64,000 bases of DNA, taken from positions 96,001 to 160,000 of the forward strand of contig CBDCXV010000011.1 in NCBI GenBank assembly GCA_965223905.1, given 5' to 3'. Both the position numbers and the translations under genes were made by a program. The notes below the pieces were generated by a model. It had not been told where the DNA came from. It searched no databases and worked only from the letters and a program-made list of their open reading frames with translations. Every line of letters begins with the position of its first letter. Position 1 is the stretch's first letter. Positions 19,192 to 30,762 of the stretch are shown here, in pieces. The stretch is from Candidatus Latescibacterota bacterium. Lineage in GTDB: Bacteria > Latescibacterota > UBA2968 > UBA8231.

Positions 19192-20361
19192 TTGATGCGC
19201 CTGCTCCGGAACACTCCATTCTCCGAGTGGAATCGCGACTTTACGCTGCTGGCAACGGCCGTTTTCGGTGTCGGCATTTTTTTCGGCGTCCAGTTGACCC
19301 TGTTCAACAACTTCATCGTCGAGCGCTTGGACATCGATGCACACGAACTCGGCTGGGTGGAGTCGCTTCGGGAGATTCCCGGTTTTCTGAATGCCCTTTT
19401 CATCGCCTTGATGATTCGTCTGGCCCCCTCACTGGTTGCAGGGGTGGCGCTGGCGATCATGGGGGTGGGCCTGATGGCGTATGCCGACGTGAGCTCGGTG
19501 CCGAAGCTGGCCGTCTATTCGTTGGTGTGGAGCATCGGTTTTCACTGCTGGCTCCCGATGGAATCTACCTTGGCCTTGCGCTTCTCCCCGCCCGGAGGAA
19601 AAGGGAGGTGGCTCGGCCAACTGCGCGGCATAAACAGCGTCGCCTGGCTTATCACCATCGGCGCCTGCATGGTCCTATTGGAGCGGATCAGCTTTGAAGG
19701 CATGTACATACTCGCAGGTGCGGCTACCATCCTCGGAGGCCTGGCGCTTTTTTTCGCCTCGCGGGGACATTCCGGGGTTGAAGAGAAGGGGTTCGTGCTC
19801 AAACGCCGTTATGGTCTCTACTACCTGCTGCAGTTTCTCGAAGGCTGCCGGCGGCAGATGTTCCTCACCTTCGCGATTTTTGCACTCGTCAAGGTTCACG
19901 GGATGCCGGTCGGAACCACCATGGTCCTGGTGCTGATTAACCAGGTGCTGATTACCATTTCCGCTCCCATGATTGGACGCCTCATCGATCTTCGGGGAGA
20001 ACGGCAGATGCTCAGCATCGGCTATTTTCTGGTGATCTTCGTCTTTGTGGGGTACGGCCTCATCGAAAACCGTCCGATCCTTTACGTCCTCTACTGTATC
20101 GATAATCTCATTTTCTTCGGCGGCATCGCGCTGACCACTTATATAAACAAACTCGCCCTCAAGGAAGACCTCAAGCCGACGCTGTCGATGGGTGTGACGA
20201 TGAATCACTTTGCAGCAGTAGCAGCGCCGTTGCTAGGCGGGTTTGCCTGGCATTACTTTGGCTATCGCGTGATTTTCTTCAGTGGTGCGTTTCTGGCCCT
20301 GCTCTCGCTGGTCGCCAGTCAATGGGTCAACGCAAGCGAGGGTACAGAAAGAGAACCGTGA
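19192..20361 (+). CDS. MFS transporter
   Basis: About 12 TM helices, ESLREIPG, GRLIDLRGER loop motif. Confidence 0.88.
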   Translation: MMRLLRNTPFSEWNRDFTLLATAVFGVGIFFGVQLTLFNNFIVERLDIDAHELGWVESLREIPGFLNALFIALMIRLAPSLVAGVALAIMGVGLMAYADVSSVPKLAVYSLVWSIGFHCWLPMESTLALRFSPPGGKGRWLGQLRGINSVAWLITIGACMVLLERISFEGMYILAGAATILGGLALFFASRGHSGVEEKGFVLKRRYGLYYLLQFLEGCRRQMFLTFAIFALVKVHGMPVGTTMVLVLINQVLITISAPMIGRLIDLRGERQMLSIGYFLVIFVFVGYGLIENRPILYVLYCIDNLIFFGGIALTTYINKLALKEDLKPTLSMGVTMNHFAAVAAPLLGGFAWHYFGYRVIFFSGAFLALLSLVASQWVNASEGTEREP

Positions 20362-20373
20362 CTGGGGAATCCG

Positions 20374-21309
20374 GTGCCGAAACGATTGGGGACAGGCGCT
20401 GCTGATCCGAAAATAACCCCACGAGGAGCGAGAGCAATGTTGAAGGTTGGCGCCCGGCCGCCCGGGTTCGCCGGAGAGACCGGTTTTGACGGATTTGCCG
20501 AGTGGCTGGCGGAGAACGGGTTCGGGGCGGTTGATACACCGCTTCTCACGAGCGAGATTGCGGCAACTTGCGAACGGTTAGGACTGGAGATCGGCACTTC
20601 CGATGCCCGCGGGAGCGGGCTGCTTTCGGCCGACGAAGGCAAGCGGGGCAATGCCCTCACGACCCTGAAGGAGGACCTGAGCGACATGGCGAGCCATGGC
20701 GGAAAAACCTATTTCGCCGTTTTGATGCCGGATGATCCCAGCCAGCCGCGCGCCAGGTCGTTCGAAATCTTCGAGAAGGTGTATCCCGATGTGGTGGAAC
20801 ACGCTGAGAAGGTTGGGGTACAGATCGCGATAGAACCGTGGCCAGGGCCTGCGCCATATTATCCCAATCTCGGGTGCAGTCCCGAAAGCTTGCGCCGCAT
20901 GTTTGCCGCCATTCCTTCACCCAATTTGGGAATCTGCTACGATCCCTCTCATTTCGCCCGCATCCAGATCGATCACGTGCGGCTCCTGCATGAGTTCGCC
21001 GATCGCGTGCACCACGTTCACCTCAAGGATACCGAGATAATCGACGAGAACCTCTACGAGTGCGGTATCCTGGGGCCGACCTTCGAGTCGCAGTACGGAT
21101 TCGGCGAGGGATGGTGGCGCTACACCATTCCGGGGGAGGGAATGGTCGACTGGAAGCTCGTTATCCGGCGGCTGGAGGATGCCGGTTTCGATGGCGTCCT
21201 CAGCGTCGAGCTCGAGGACCATTACTTCTGGGGGACCGCCGATCTTCAGAAAGAAGGTCTGCTGCGCTCGAAGGAGTTCATTGAGCAGACCCTTAAGTCG
21301 GGCTCATAG
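20374..21309 (+). CDS. Sugar phosphate isomerase/epimerase (xylose isomerase-like TIM barrel); start may be 20437
   Basis: IAIEPW, YDPSH, HVHLKD, PGEG.VDW, LSVELE metal ligands. Confidence 0.88.
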   Translation: MPKRLGTGAADPKITPRGARAMLKVGARPPGFAGETGFDGFAEWLAENGFGAVDTPLLTSEIAATCERLGLEIGTSDARGSGLLSADEGKRGNALTTLKEDLSDMASHGGKTYFAVLMPDDPSQPRARSFEIFEKVYPDVVEHAEKVGVQIAIEPWPGPAPYYPNLGCSPESLRRMFAAIPSPNLGICYDPSHFARIQIDHVRLLHEFADRVHHVHLKDTEIIDENLYECGILGPTFESQYGFGEGWWRYTIPGEGMVDWKLVIRRLEDAGFDGVLSVELEDHYFWGTADLQKEGLLRSKEFIEQTLKSGS

Positions 21310-21317
21310 GGGGCGCA

Positions 21318-22307
21318 ATGGTTGGTTTTGCGGTTGTCGGGTTGGGCATGGGCAAGGGGCGGGCCCGCATGATTCAGGAGACCGAAGGAGCCGAGCTATC
21401 CCTCGTGATCGACACGAACGAGGCCCGCGCCGCTGCAGTGGGCATGGAGTTGGGAGTCGACTGGGCTCCGAATCTGGAAGACGGCCTGGGCCGCAGCGAC
21501 GTTGACGTAGTCATGGTGATGACCCCGAGCGGACTGCATGCAGACTTGGGGTGCATCGCGGCCGCAGCGGGAAAGCATGTAATCACCACCAAGCCGATGG
21601 ACGTGTCGACGAGGCAATGCGACCGACTGATCGCCGCAGCCGACTCTTCCGGTGTGAAGCTCGCCGTGGATTACCAGAGCCGCTACGTCGATACCAACTA
21701 CCGTGTCGCCCGCGCCATCGAGCTGGGATACCTCGGCAGACCGCTGCTCGGGGAGGTCCGTTTCAAGTGGTTCCGCTCCCAGGGGTACTTCGAAGGCGGC
21801 GACGGCTGGCGCGGCACTTGGGCCATGGATGGAGGCGGAAGCCTCGCCAACCAGGGGTCGCACCTGCTCGACCTGCTGCTCTGGTTCATGGGAGCACCGG
21901 AACGGCTGTACGCGGAAACGGCGATCCTCACTCACGACATCGAGACCGAAGATCTGGGTATGGCCATTATCCATTTCCGCAGCGGTGCCAAAGGAGCGGT
22001 CCTCGGCACCACGACGTTTCCAGGGCAGAACGCCTACTTCAGCGCCGAGGTCCACGGCACTGATGGCGGGGTTCTCATCGACGAGGCCCTCGACGGCACA
22101 TGCCGTATCATCGGCGAGGGTCTGGAGGAGAGGATGAACGCCATTGATAATCCGCTCGAAAGCGTGGTCGCAGATATGGTCTACTGTCTCCAGCAGGACG
22201 GAACTCCCAGGATCGATGGGCGAGAGGGTCGCAGAACCGTGGCCCTGCTTGAGGATATATACAGGTCGTCGCGAGAGGGCACCCCGATCGACTGCATAGG
22301 AGGATGA
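21318..22307 (+). CDS. Gfo/Idh/MocA family oxidoreductase
   Basis: VVGLGMG, TPSGLH, TKPM, WRGTWAMDGGGSLANQGSH.LD. Confidence 0.92.
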   Translation: MVGFAVVGLGMGKGRARMIQETEGAELSLVIDTNEARAAAVGMELGVDWAPNLEDGLGRSDVDVVMVMTPSGLHADLGCIAAAAGKHVITTKPMDVSTRQCDRLIAAADSSGVKLAVDYQSRYVDTNYRVARAIELGYLGRPLLGEVRFKWFRSQGYFEGGDGWRGTWAMDGGGSLANQGSHLLDLLLWFMGAPERLYAETAILTHDIETEDLGMAIIHFRSGAKGAVLGTTTFPGQNAYFSAEVHGTDGGVLIDEALDGTCRIIGEGLEERMNAIDNPLESVVADMVYCLQQDGTPRIDGREGRRTVALLEDIYRSSREGTPIDCIGG

Positions 22308-23344
22308 AAATGACAACCGCTGCACTCGTCGGCTTGACGGCCCCGCACAGCAAAGGCTGGCTCGAAACTCTGAGAATCACCCCGGAAATTGAGCGCTTGC
22401 TCGTCTGCGATCTCGAGGGAGCGGTTCCCGAGAGCGACGACGGAATCGACGGGGTGTACTCAGGTCTCGATGCAATGTTCGACTCCGTGAGACCCGACTT
22501 CGCGCTGGTGTCGGTACGCAACGACCAGGCAGCGGATGCAGGGAGTCGATTTTTGTCCGAGGAAATCCCGTTGATTATCGAAAAGCCGGCGGGCCGCACT
22601 GCTGCCGAAATTGCAGAGCTCAACGTGCTGTCGCGCCTCCATTCGACCCCTTGGGCAACCGGTTTCACCAATCGTCTTGCCCCGGCCGTTTGCGAGATGC
22701 GCCGCCTCGTGGCCGCCGGTGCCCTGGGACGCGTCGTCTCCATCGAGGGGCGCATGGTGACCAGCTCTGTCGATCAGCGCAATAAGGACCACTGGCTTTT
22801 CTCCAAAGAGGTTGCAGGCGGCGGGATTCTTCACTGGCTGGCCATTCACACCATAGATCTTATCCGATTCATCACCGGTCTGGAGTACGATTCGGTCAGT
22901 GCTCACGTCGCAACATTGTCGGAAACCGGGGTAGACGTCGAGGATACGGCGTCGGTTTCCTTCTCCATGTCGAACGGAGCAGTGGGTAGCCTTCACGCAG
23001 GGTACATGTTGCGCAAGCGCTACGGAGACATCAGCCTGGCGGTGCGCGGAACACTCGGCGACGTCGCTTGGTCCTCCTATGGATTCGACGGGGCCGGCAA
23101 CACGGTCCATCTCCAGAGCGAAGCCCCGGGATGGGAGACGATTGCCCGCCAGAAAGTGGACCTGGAGCCTCAGGGCGGACCTGGTTACGGAGGCCGTGTC
23201 GGCACCGAGTTCGTCGCTCGCTTTCTGCGTTGCTCGCAGGCCCGGGAGGAGTTCGTCACCGACGGAGAGGATGCTCTCGGAGCGATGCGGTTTGTCGAGG
23301 CAGCCTATGCATCTAGCGCCAGCGGGGAGTCCATCAAGCTGTGA
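22304..23344 (+). CDS. Gfo/Idh/MocA family oxidoreductase
   Basis: IEKPAG, GGGILHWLAIHTID, VEDTA. Confidence 0.9.
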   Translation: MKMTTAALVGLTAPHSKGWLETLRITPEIERLLVCDLEGAVPESDDGIDGVYSGLDAMFDSVRPDFALVSVRNDQAADAGSRFLSEEIPLIIEKPAGRTAAEIAELNVLSRLHSTPWATGFTNRLAPAVCEMRRLVAAGALGRVVSIEGRMVTSSVDQRNKDHWLFSKEVAGGGILHWLAIHTIDLIRFITGLEYDSVSAHVATLSETGVDVEDTASVSFSMSNGAVGSLHAGYMLRKRYGDISLAVRGTLGDVAWSSYGFDGAGNTVHLQSEAPGWETIARQKVDLEPQGGPGYGGRVGTEFVARFLRCSQAREEFVTDGEDALGAMRFVEAAYASSASGESIKL

Positions 23345-23409
23345 AGTGAAGGCAGTTAGCACCGCCAACCACCAACAGGGGAGGCGGACATACCGCAGAC
23401 TGTAGCCCC

Positions 23410-24476
23410 ATGACCGCGAACCTACTTGGACGCCCCATTCGCGTCGCGATGATCGGCTGCGGGGTGCAGGGCACGAACCACTCTCGAATCCTTCAGGGTC
23501 TGGGACCGGAACTGGTCGAGGTCGCCGCCCTGTGCGACTCCAGCCCCCAGCGCCTGTCCGAGGCTGCATCCTCTTGGCCAAAGGCACGAACCGCCTCGAA
23601 CTACCGCGAAGCACTGGATGCGGCCGACCTCGACCTCGTCATCATCGCTACGATGCCGAACACCCATGCTGAAATCGCCATTTCCGCGATGGAGAGTGGG
23701 GCTGCCGTATTGTGTGAGAAACCGTTCACCCTGTCGGTTCAAGAGGCGGTAGCGGTTCTGGAAGCGTCGGACAGAACTGGACGGCAAGTACAGCTGGGGA
23801 CCAATATGCGCTACATGCCGGAGTGTCGTTTCCTGCGCGATATCGTCGCCTCCGGGGATGTCGGAAATGTTGTCGCATGCAAAACGTGGGGATGTCATTT
23901 CTCGCCGCCGGTTTGGGGTCCCCACTACCGGCGCGAGCTCGCCGGTGGAAGAGTACTCGCTTCGACCCAGGTACATGCGCTGGATCTTTCCATGTGGGTG
24001 GGTGGGCTACCCAATCCGGTCGCCGTGAGCGATTTCAGCGGTCGGCTAATTTCCTGAAAAGCGGGGTGTGCTCAGGCCGGGGAGGATGTCAGGCGCTCCT
24101 ACGACACTGAAGATCTTCTCTTTGCACTCGTTCGTTTCGATACAGGTGCCGTCTACTCTCTCGAAGGGAACTGGTGTGACGAACGCAAGGACAGCCATGG
24201 TTTCGAGCTGATTACGGAAAGAACCACTCTGTGCAACACATCTTTTCAAGTGCTGACGAAAATGGCCAAATCACAGATCGCACGCCGAAGGGTGGGGAAT
24301 TCGAAAACTTGAACGACTGGCAGGAAAGCATTGGGAGGCAGGACGAAGAGATCATTTCAAGGTTGAGGGAGGGAAGGCCGTGGGGGATGCAGGATGCCAG
24401 CCAGCTGCTTACCCTTCAGAAGGTGATCGACGGGTGTTACGAATCCGCTAGGCTCGGGCGCGAAATCCGGATCTGA
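23410..24476 (+). pseudogene. Disrupted Gfo/Idh/MocA oxidoreductase
   Basis: N-terminal IGCG/CEKP domain ends at TGA 24055-24057. Family-like sequence continues (YDTEDLLFALVRFDTG) and shifts frame again near 24250 to end with ...VIDGCYESARLGREIRI. Confidence 0.75.
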
Positions 24477-24563
24477 AGGGCATTGACCCTGCCGGGGGCC
24501 GCTCCTATTTTCCATCCATCCCCGCCTTGTATTTCTCTGCAGCAAAAGCCGATTCTAAAGGCA

Positions 24564-24639
<76 letters not shown>

Positions 24640-24799
24640 CTACATCGTGGAAGCAGGTTGTAGAGGTTATCTCAGTCAATTAAAAAAAATTTGCGATCCC
24701 CCCTGTCCGCAGTAGGACCTTTGATGGTTTGTCTGCGTATTAGGTTTATGCGTTTGCCGCTTTGAGCCGTATTGACACGACTGGAATGGAGATAGAGAG

Positions 24800-25531
24800 A
24801 TGGAGGTTCTCGGGATCGATATCGGCGGCACCGGAGTCAAGGGAGCTGTCGTAGATACGGCGACCGGTCAACTCGTTCGCGATCGCTTTCGCCTGCTAAC
24901 ACCGCAACCGGCGACCCCGAAAGCCCTTTGCAGAACGGTCTCGGAGGTTGTCGCCCACTTCGAGTGGTCCGGGCGGGTGGGTTGCGGGTTTCCGGGAATA
25001 ATCCGCAAGGGCGTTGTTCGCAGCGCCGCCCATGTCTCCAGGAAATGGCTCGGCAAAAACGTCAAAGAGAACCTTGACGAGGCTACCGGATGTTCTTTCC
25101 GAGTGCTCAACGACGCGGATGTCGCAGGCCTTGCCGAGGCTCGATTCGGAGCGGGTAAGGACGAAGTTGGCGTCGTTCTCCTGCTCACCCTGGGCACCGG
25201 GATCGGATCTGCCCTGTTCATCGACGGAACCCTTGTTCCCAATACCGAGTTCGGACATGTCGAGCTGAAAGGGCACGACGCCGAATACTGGGCTGCGGAC
25301 AGCGTGCGAAAAAAGAGGAAGCTTGGCTGGAAGAAGTGGGCCAGGCAGGTAAATCTTTACCTGCAGTCGATGGAATTCTACCTCTCTCCCGATCTGATCA
25401 TCATCGGAGGCGGGGTCAGCAGGAAGCATGAGAAGGTCATTCCCCAGCTGGAACTCGACGCTCGAGTCGTTCCCGCACAGCTTCGCAACGAAGCCGGAAT
25501 CGTAGGCGCGGCAGTCGCCGGTGCTGAATAG
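24800..25531 (+). CDS. ppgK: Polyphosphate glucokinase (ROK family)
   Basis: [45 protein letters not shown]. Confidence 0.9.
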   Translation: MEVLGIDIGGTGVKGAVVDTATGQLVRDRFRLLTPQPATPKALCRTVSEVVAHFEWSGRVGCGFPGIIRKGVVRSAAHVSRKWLGKNVKENLDEATGCSFRVLNDADVAGLAEARFGAGKDEVGVVLLLTLGTGIGSALFIDGTLVPNTEFGHVELKGHDAEYWAADSVRKKRKLGWKKWARQVNLYLQSMEFYLSPDLIIIGGGVSRKHEKVIPQLELDARVVPAQLRNEAGIVGAAVAGAE

Positions 25532-25769
25532 CCAGCGTTGCGAGGAGAAGTCAAGCCGAATCTCCAGGCCTTTCTTCCCCTGCTCTGGAGTTAGACCCTG
25601 CTGACTCGCTCATCCTACATTGCGGTCAGGAGTATCGAAGCCAATGAGATACCGAACCGGACCGTTGAGTCACAGCAGATTTTCCACTATTTTCTGGGAA
25701 CGGAATTGCAGTATCTACACTACATCAAGACGGCAGACCCAGTCTCTGAATAAGGATTTGCGCAGTTAA

Positions 25770-26156
25770 ATGATTCGCGGCGACAAAGAATTGATCGTAG
25801 TGGGGGATCGCGTGCTTATCAAACTCAACGAGCACGAAGAACGGACCGAGGTGGGGCTTTACCTCCCTCCAACCGCTCTCGAGAAGGAGAATGTCCAGTC
25901 AGGCAAGGTGGAAGAGGTGGGACCGGGAATCCCGTTGCCTCCCAGAACGGACGAGGACGAAATGCCGTGGGCATCGGAAAATATGGAACACATGCGGTTT
26001 ATCCCCCTGCAAGCCCAGAAAGGGGATCACGCGATTTTTGCTCGTAAGGAAGCGGTTGAAATCAAGTTCGATGGAGAGAAATACGTCGTGGTGCCGCACT
26101 CTGCGATTTTGGCGCTAGTGCGGTCTACAGGTCTTCTCGATGACGACCTCGTCTGA
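25770..26156 (+). CDS. GroES/Cpn10 family co-chaperonin-like protein
   Basis: GDRVLIK, T..GLYLP, G.V..VGPG, EIKFDGEKY...AILA. Confidence 0.88.
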   Translation: MIRGDKELIVVGDRVLIKLNEHEERTEVGLYLPPTALEKENVQSGKVEEVGPGIPLPPRTDEDEMPWASENMEHMRFIPLQAQKGDHAIFARKEAVEIKFDGEKYVVVPHSAILALVRSTGLLDDDLV

Positions 26157-26193
26157 CGTGCTGTCAGTGCCATAGCCCAACTACACCAGAATT

Positions 26194-26234
26194 GAAAAGC
26201 GCCCCGTCACCGACAAGGTGACGGGGCGCTTTTC
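26194..26234. terminator. Bidirectional intrinsic terminator
   Basis: GAAAAGCGCCCCGTCACC-GACAA-GGTGACGGGGCGCTTTTC perfect stem with A/T tails between convergent genes. Confidence 0.9.
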
Positions 26235-26251
26235 TGGTAGCTCGAAAGACT

Positions 26252-26578
26252 CTATTGCGTCCCGATATCGAGGAACTCGATCGGGGCAGGCGTTTCCCAG
26301 TCACGCGAGACATAGTCCTGCATCGTCAACGCGAGAAGAATAAGCAGCCAGAAAAAACCTGCACCGGCGAAAACCCACATCAGCGGCGTGTTGTAGCGCA
26401 CGTGCATGAAGAACAAGACGACAATGGAGGCCTTGAATATGGCGATCGACAGGGCCAGCGGCGTGTTGAGCGGGCCGAGTTCGACGAATGCGGCGAGCAC
26501 CGTGACAACCGTGAACACGAACAGCAGGCTCAGTACAATGAAATATACTCTTACCGGGACTACATGGCTTGAATCCAT
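26252..26578 (-). CDS. Cytochrome c oxidase subunit IV (caa3-type)
   Basis: Three TMs, AIFKASIVVLFFMHVRY. Confidence 0.9.
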   Translation of the reverse strand: MDSSHVVPVRVYFIVLSLLFVFTVVTVLAAFVELGPLNTPLALSIAIFKASIVVLFFMHVRYNTPLMWVFAGAGFFWLLILLALTMQDYVSRDWETPAPIEFLDIGTQ

Positions 26579-27228
26579 GGGTCGCGTCCGATGAGGTAAA
26601 GCAGAGGGAAAAGGAAAATCCAGACGATGTCTACGAAGTGCCAGTAGAGCCCGAAGTTTTCGATCGGAAAAAAGTAATCCTTGGTGTATCTACCCTTCAG
26701 GATATTGGGGATCAGCCAGAGCATGATTCCCACACCGATAATCATGTGCAAGGCGTGCATGCCGGTCATCGCGAAATAAAATGAGAAGAAGATCTTCATG
26801 TTGCCGGCCAAAGGCCCGTCGTATTGGAAGTTCAACCCGGGAATCAGGTGGTGGTGAAGCTTGTCTGAGTACTCGATCACCTTAACTCCCAGAAACGTCA
26901 GGCCCAGGACCATGGTTCCGAGCAACCAGCCCAGCATGCCGCGGCTGCTCCCCTGCTGCGCTGCCCGCACGCACATCGCTACCGTGAAGCTGCTGCCAAT
27001 CAGAATCGCGGTGTTGAAGGCTCCCCACCCGATTGGAAGGTGGTTGCTCCCTTCTATGAAGGCCGGCAGATATTCGTAGCGGTATACCGTATAAGCCCCG
27101 AAAAGCCCCCCAAAGAACATGATCTCCTGGGCAATGAACGCCCACATCCCCATGTTGGACGCGGCGTACTGCTGCTGCAGGTCGTCGAACTGGTGATTGA
27201 GTCCGGCGGGATGGGCGTGGGTGGTCAT
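26560..27228 (-). CDS. Cytochrome c oxidase subunit III
   Basis: [36 protein letters not shown]; start ATG 27228 overlaps the subunit I stop. Confidence 0.95.
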   Translation of the reverse strand: MTTHAHPAGLNHQFDDLQQQYAASNMGMWAFIAQEIMFFGGLFGAYTVYRYEYLPAFIEGSNHLPIGWGAFNTAILIGSSFTVAMCVRAAQQGSSRGMLGWLLGTMVLGLTFLGVKVIEYSDKLHHHLIPGLNFQYDGPLAGNMKIFFSFYFAMTGMHALHMIIGVGIMLWLIPNILKGRYTKDYFFPIENFGLYWHFVDIVWIFLFPLLYLIGRDPWIQAM

Positions 27229-28901
27229 GGGTGTGCCGTCTCCCTGGGCACGCCAACCTGATGCGGTTCTGCCAGAGTCACGTCTTCTTCTTCGTAAGCG
27301 TACGCCTCGGAAGTAACTATTGGCGTGCTTTCGAAATTGTGCGCCGGGGGAGGGGAGGCAAGCAATTCCCACTCCAGCCCTTTTGCTTTCCACGGATTGG
27401 CGCCTGCCCGCCGACCTCTGAAGAGCGACCAGACAAGGGTAATCATCATTATCGCGTACCCGACTCCAAGCACGGAGGCTCCGGCAGTGGACATCACGTG
27501 CAGGATCTGCCATTCGTCGGGATACACGTGGTACCGACGAGGCATGCCGAGGTAACCGAGCACGAACTGGGGGAAGAAGGTGAAGTTGAAACCGGAAAAA
27601 ATCAGCACCGCACCTATTTTGCCCCACCCTTCGGAGTACATACGGCCTGTGATCTTCGGCCACCAGAAGTGCAGGCCACTCATGAAAGCCATCACCATGC
27701 CGCCGACCATCACGTAGTGAAAATGGGCGACGATGAAGTAGGTGTCGTGCAGGTGAATAACGGTGCCCAGAGTAGAAAGGAATAGTCCCGTCAGTCCGCC
27801 GATCAGAAACAGGCCGATGAAGCCGAGGGCATACAGCATCGGTGACTCAAGGGAGACCGAGCCGCGATACATCGTCGCCGTCCAGTTGAAAATTTTCACC
27901 GCCGTGGGAACGGCGATCAGAAAGGTTATGAACGAGAACACCATGCCGGCATACAGCGATTGCCCGGTCGTGAACATGTGGTGTCCCCAGACGAGGAATC
28001 CCAGTACCGCGATCGCCAGACTCGAGAAGGCCACAAAGGAGTATCCGAAAACCCGCTTGCGACAGAAGCAGGCGATGACATCGCTGATTACCCCGAACCC
28101 GGGCACGATCATGATGTAAACGGCAGGGTGCGAGTAGAACCAGAACATGTGCTGGAATAACACGGGATCGCCGCCGAGAGCTGGGTCGAAAATGCCGATA
28201 CCGAAGCCGCGCTCCAGAGCGAGAAGCAAAAGGGTGATCGCTACCACCGGGGTACCCAGCACCATGATCAGGCTGGTTGCGTACTGCGCCCAAATGAACA
28301 GCGGCAGGCGAAACCACGTCATGCCGGGAGCGCGCATCTTGTGAACGGTAGTGAGAAAGTTGACTCCCGTCAGGATCGACGAGAAACCATTGATGAACAC
28401 CCCAACCAATGCGAGAATCACGAAGGAGTTGGAATAGGTGCTGCTGTAGGGGGTGTAGAAGGTCCAGCCGGTATCGACGCCTCCCATGATGATCGCCAAG
28501 GTCGCAAAAGAACCTCCGACTACGTAGCAGTACCAGCTCGTGAGATTGATTTTGGGAAACGCGACGTCCCGGGCGCCGATCTGTAACGGAATGCAGAAGT
28601 TGCCGAGCACGGCCGGCACGGACGGGATAAGGAAGAAGAAGATCATGGCCACACCGTGCATAGTGAACAGCTTGTTGTACGTCTCGGCCTCGACCAGGTC
28701 GCCTTCCGGGGTCAATAGCTCGAGCCTGATCAGCGAGGCAAAAACGCTGCCGATCAGGAAGAACAGGGTGAGAACGACCAGGTAGAGAATCCCGACCCGT
28801 TTGTGATCCATCGTCAGGAGCCAGGACTTTATGCCGTAGGAGGCGTTCAGGTAGTTCGACGGCCGACCGTTGCCCACTGTCTCAGCCACGGTAGTAGTCA
28901 T
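27225..28901 (-). CDS. ctaD: Cytochrome c oxidase subunit I (type A2 heme-copper oxidase)
   Basis: [36 protein letters not shown]. Confidence 0.98.
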   Translation of the reverse strand: MTTTVAETVGNGRPSNYLNASYGIKSWLLTMDHKRVGILYLVVLTLFFLIGSVFASLIRLELLTPEGDLVEAETYNKLFTMHGVAMIFFFLIPSVPAVLGNFCIPLQIGARDVAFPKINLTSWYCYVVGGSFATLAIIMGGVDTGWTFYTPYSSTYSNSFVILALVGVFINGFSSILTGVNFLTTVHKMRAPGMTWFRLPLFIWAQYATSLIMVLGTPVVAITLLLLALERGFGIGIFDPALGGDPVLFQHMFWFYSHPAVYIMIVPGFGVISDVIACFCRKRVFGYSFVAFSSLAIAVLGFLVWGHHMFTTGQSLYAGMVFSFITFLIAVPTAVKIFNWTATMYRGSVSLESPMLYALGFIGLFLIGGLTGLFLSTLGTVIHLHDTYFIVAHFHYVMVGGMVMAFMSGLHFWWPKITGRMYSEGWGKIGAVLIFSGFNFTFFPQFVLGYLGMPRRYHVYPDEWQILHVMSTAGASVLGVGYAIMMITLVWSLFRGRRAGANPWKAKGLEWELLASPPPAHNFESTPIVTSEAYAYEEEDVTLAEPHQVGVPRETAHP

Positions 28902-28935
28902 GATACCGCCTCGGTTGTACGCGATCGCTGCATAC

Positions 28936-29871
28936 CTATTCGCTCTCGCTGAGAGATTTGATGTAGGTGATGATCTGGAGCAAAGTTTCTTCGCTTATCT
29001 GTCCCTGGAACGTCGGCATGATCGGTTTGTACCCGTTTACTATCTTCGTCTGGGGGTTCAGCACCGACTCGCGAATATAGGCTTCGTCGGCGACCACTGT
29101 CTCTCCCGACTCGAGCTGCACTGGATTGCCGAAGACCCCCACCAAAGTGGGTCCCCTTCCGATCGATTCCGCCTTGTGACATGTATGACAACCCAGCTGC
29201 TGGAACTGGCGCTCGCCCGCTTCTGCCATGGTTTCGCCACCGACACCGCCGCTCAACCAGTTCTGGTACGCGTCGGGCTCCATCACTACGACCTTCCCAA
29301 CCATGGTCGAGTGCTGTGTGCCGCAATACTCGGCGCAGAAGAGGTGGTACTCACCCAGCTTCGTCGCCTCGAACCACATGGTCGTGTAGCGGCCCGGTAC
29401 GACATCCCGCTTCGTGCGGAAAGCAGGGACTGAAAAGGCATGGATGACATCTTCTGATGTCATCGTCATGCGCACGGGAACACCAATTGGAACATGGAGC
29501 TCGTTGATCTCTCGCTTTCCCTGGGGATGCTGGATTTTCCACATCCACTGTTTGCCAATTGCGTAGACGTCGATGCCGTCCCCGGGCATGCGGTAAAGCC
29601 GGAAATAGACGTCGGCTCCGAGGGTGAATACCCCTAGGGACATGACAAGGGGAACGATGCTCCAAGCCAGCTCCAATGGAATCGAGCCATGGACGGGTTT
29701 CGGGCGCTCGTCGTCTGAGCGGCGCCTGTACTTGATCGCAAACACGACGATGGCGCCGGTAACTCCTGCAGTAAATAGGACCGACAAAGCAACCAGCAGG
29801 AAGTACAACGCGTCCACTTGCCACGCGAACGTGGAGGCGAGTTCAGGGTGCAGTTGGAAATCTTTCGACAT
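28936..29871 (-). CDS. ctaC: Cytochrome c oxidase subunit II with fused cytochrome c
   Basis: [18 protein letters not shown] (CuA), C-terminal CHTCH...MP heme c domain. Confidence 0.97.
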   Translation of the reverse strand: MSKDFQLHPELASTFAWQVDALYFLLVALSVLFTAGVTGAIVVFAIKYRRRSDDERPKPVHGSIPLELAWSIVPLVMSLGVFTLGADVYFRLYRMPGDGIDVYAIGKQWMWKIQHPQGKREINELHVPIGVPVRMTMTSEDVIHAFSVPAFRTKRDVVPGRYTTMWFEATKLGEYHLFCAEYCGTQHSTMVGKVVVMEPDAYQNWLSGGVGGETMAEAGERQFQQLGCHTCHKAESIGRGPTLVGVFGNPVQLESGETVVADEAYIRESVLNPQTKIVNGYKPIMPTFQGQISEETLLQIITYIKSLSESE

Positions 29872-29895
29872 TTGGCGAATTGGCGGCTTAGCGGC

Positions 29896-30759
29896 TTAGT
29901 TGGTATTCGCGAGCGGCGAGACGCCGTTCCCTTCCAGCGGCCGGGAATGGCGCCGCTCTCGCCGCAGCATGGCACCGACAAAAACCGCCAGCCCGAAAAC
30001 TGTGACGACCCCCGCAACGCGTAAGGAGTTGAGAACTGCGAGGGTGTACTTGCCAGTTGCCGGATCGTACTGAAAACAGAGCAGCAGAATCTGGTCAACC
30101 GGATTTCCGATGCGATTCTCAGAAGCCTCGATCAGTCCTAGCCGGAGATCTTTTGGTGCGTATTCGACTCCGTAGAAGTACCGGGAGAGCTCGCCCTGTG
30201 GGGTGACGATCATGATGCCACTGGCGTGAGTATAGAGATCCGTCTCTTCGTCGTACTGGTAACGGAACCCGACTGACTCGGCAAGCTGTTCGATCTTCTC
30301 ATCTGATCCGGTCAGGAAATGCCACCCTCTGGAGCCTGTGTCTCGGCGGTATTTTTCGGTGTATTCCCGTTTCTTTGCAGCGGCCAAGGAAGCACTTTCT
30401 CCTGGGTCGATACTCACTGTGACGACGTCAAATTCCTCGCCCACACTGAAAGCCAGCACTCTGAGGCTTCGCAACAGTCCGTTGAGCACTTGGGTGCACA
30501 ACATCGGGCACTCATAGTACACCAGCGCAAACACTACCGGTTTGGGGCCGAAGTAGTCGCCAAGGGCAACAGTTCTACCCGTTTCGTCCACAAACGTCAA
30601 GCCGAGCGGCAAATGCTCTCCCAGGCGCTGCTCAATACCGATTTCGTCCCCGACCCCGCTCTCCAGCCGCTGAGCATCAGCCGGAGACAAAGCCAGCAAA
30701 ACAGCGGTTATCAGCACCGCCCCGGGTTTTTCCGGCATCAGCGTTCCGGGAGCCGCCAT
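29896..30759 (-). CDS. SCO family copper chaperone
   Basis: YYECPMLC (CxxxC), WHFLTG, YTHAS. Confidence 0.93.
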   Translation of the reverse strand: MAAPGTLMPEKPGAVLITAVLLALSPADAQRLESGVGDEIGIEQRLGEHLPLGLTFVDETGRTVALGDYFGPKPVVFALVYYECPMLCTQVLNGLLRSLRVLAFSVGEEFDVVTVSIDPGESASLAAAKKREYTEKYRRDTGSRGWHFLTGSDEKIEQLAESVGFRYQYDEETDLYTHASGIMIVTPQGELSRYFYGVEYAPKDLRLGLIEASENRIGNPVDQILLLCFQYDPATGKYTLAVLNSLRVAGVVTVFGLAVFVGAMLRRERRHSRPLEGNGVSPLANTN

Positions 30760-30762
30760 TTG

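Noticed and set aside
24055-24057. In-frame TGA in the third Gfo/Idh/MocA gene as possible selenocysteine or readthrough
   Set aside because: No recognisable SECIS hairpin. Flanking sequence fits compensating indels, and another frameshift follows.
24640-24800. Genomic-island attachment site after tRNA-Lys (also checked at tRNA-Tyr, -Arg and -Leu)
   Set aside because: No integrase and no duplicated tRNA 3' end seen in the window.
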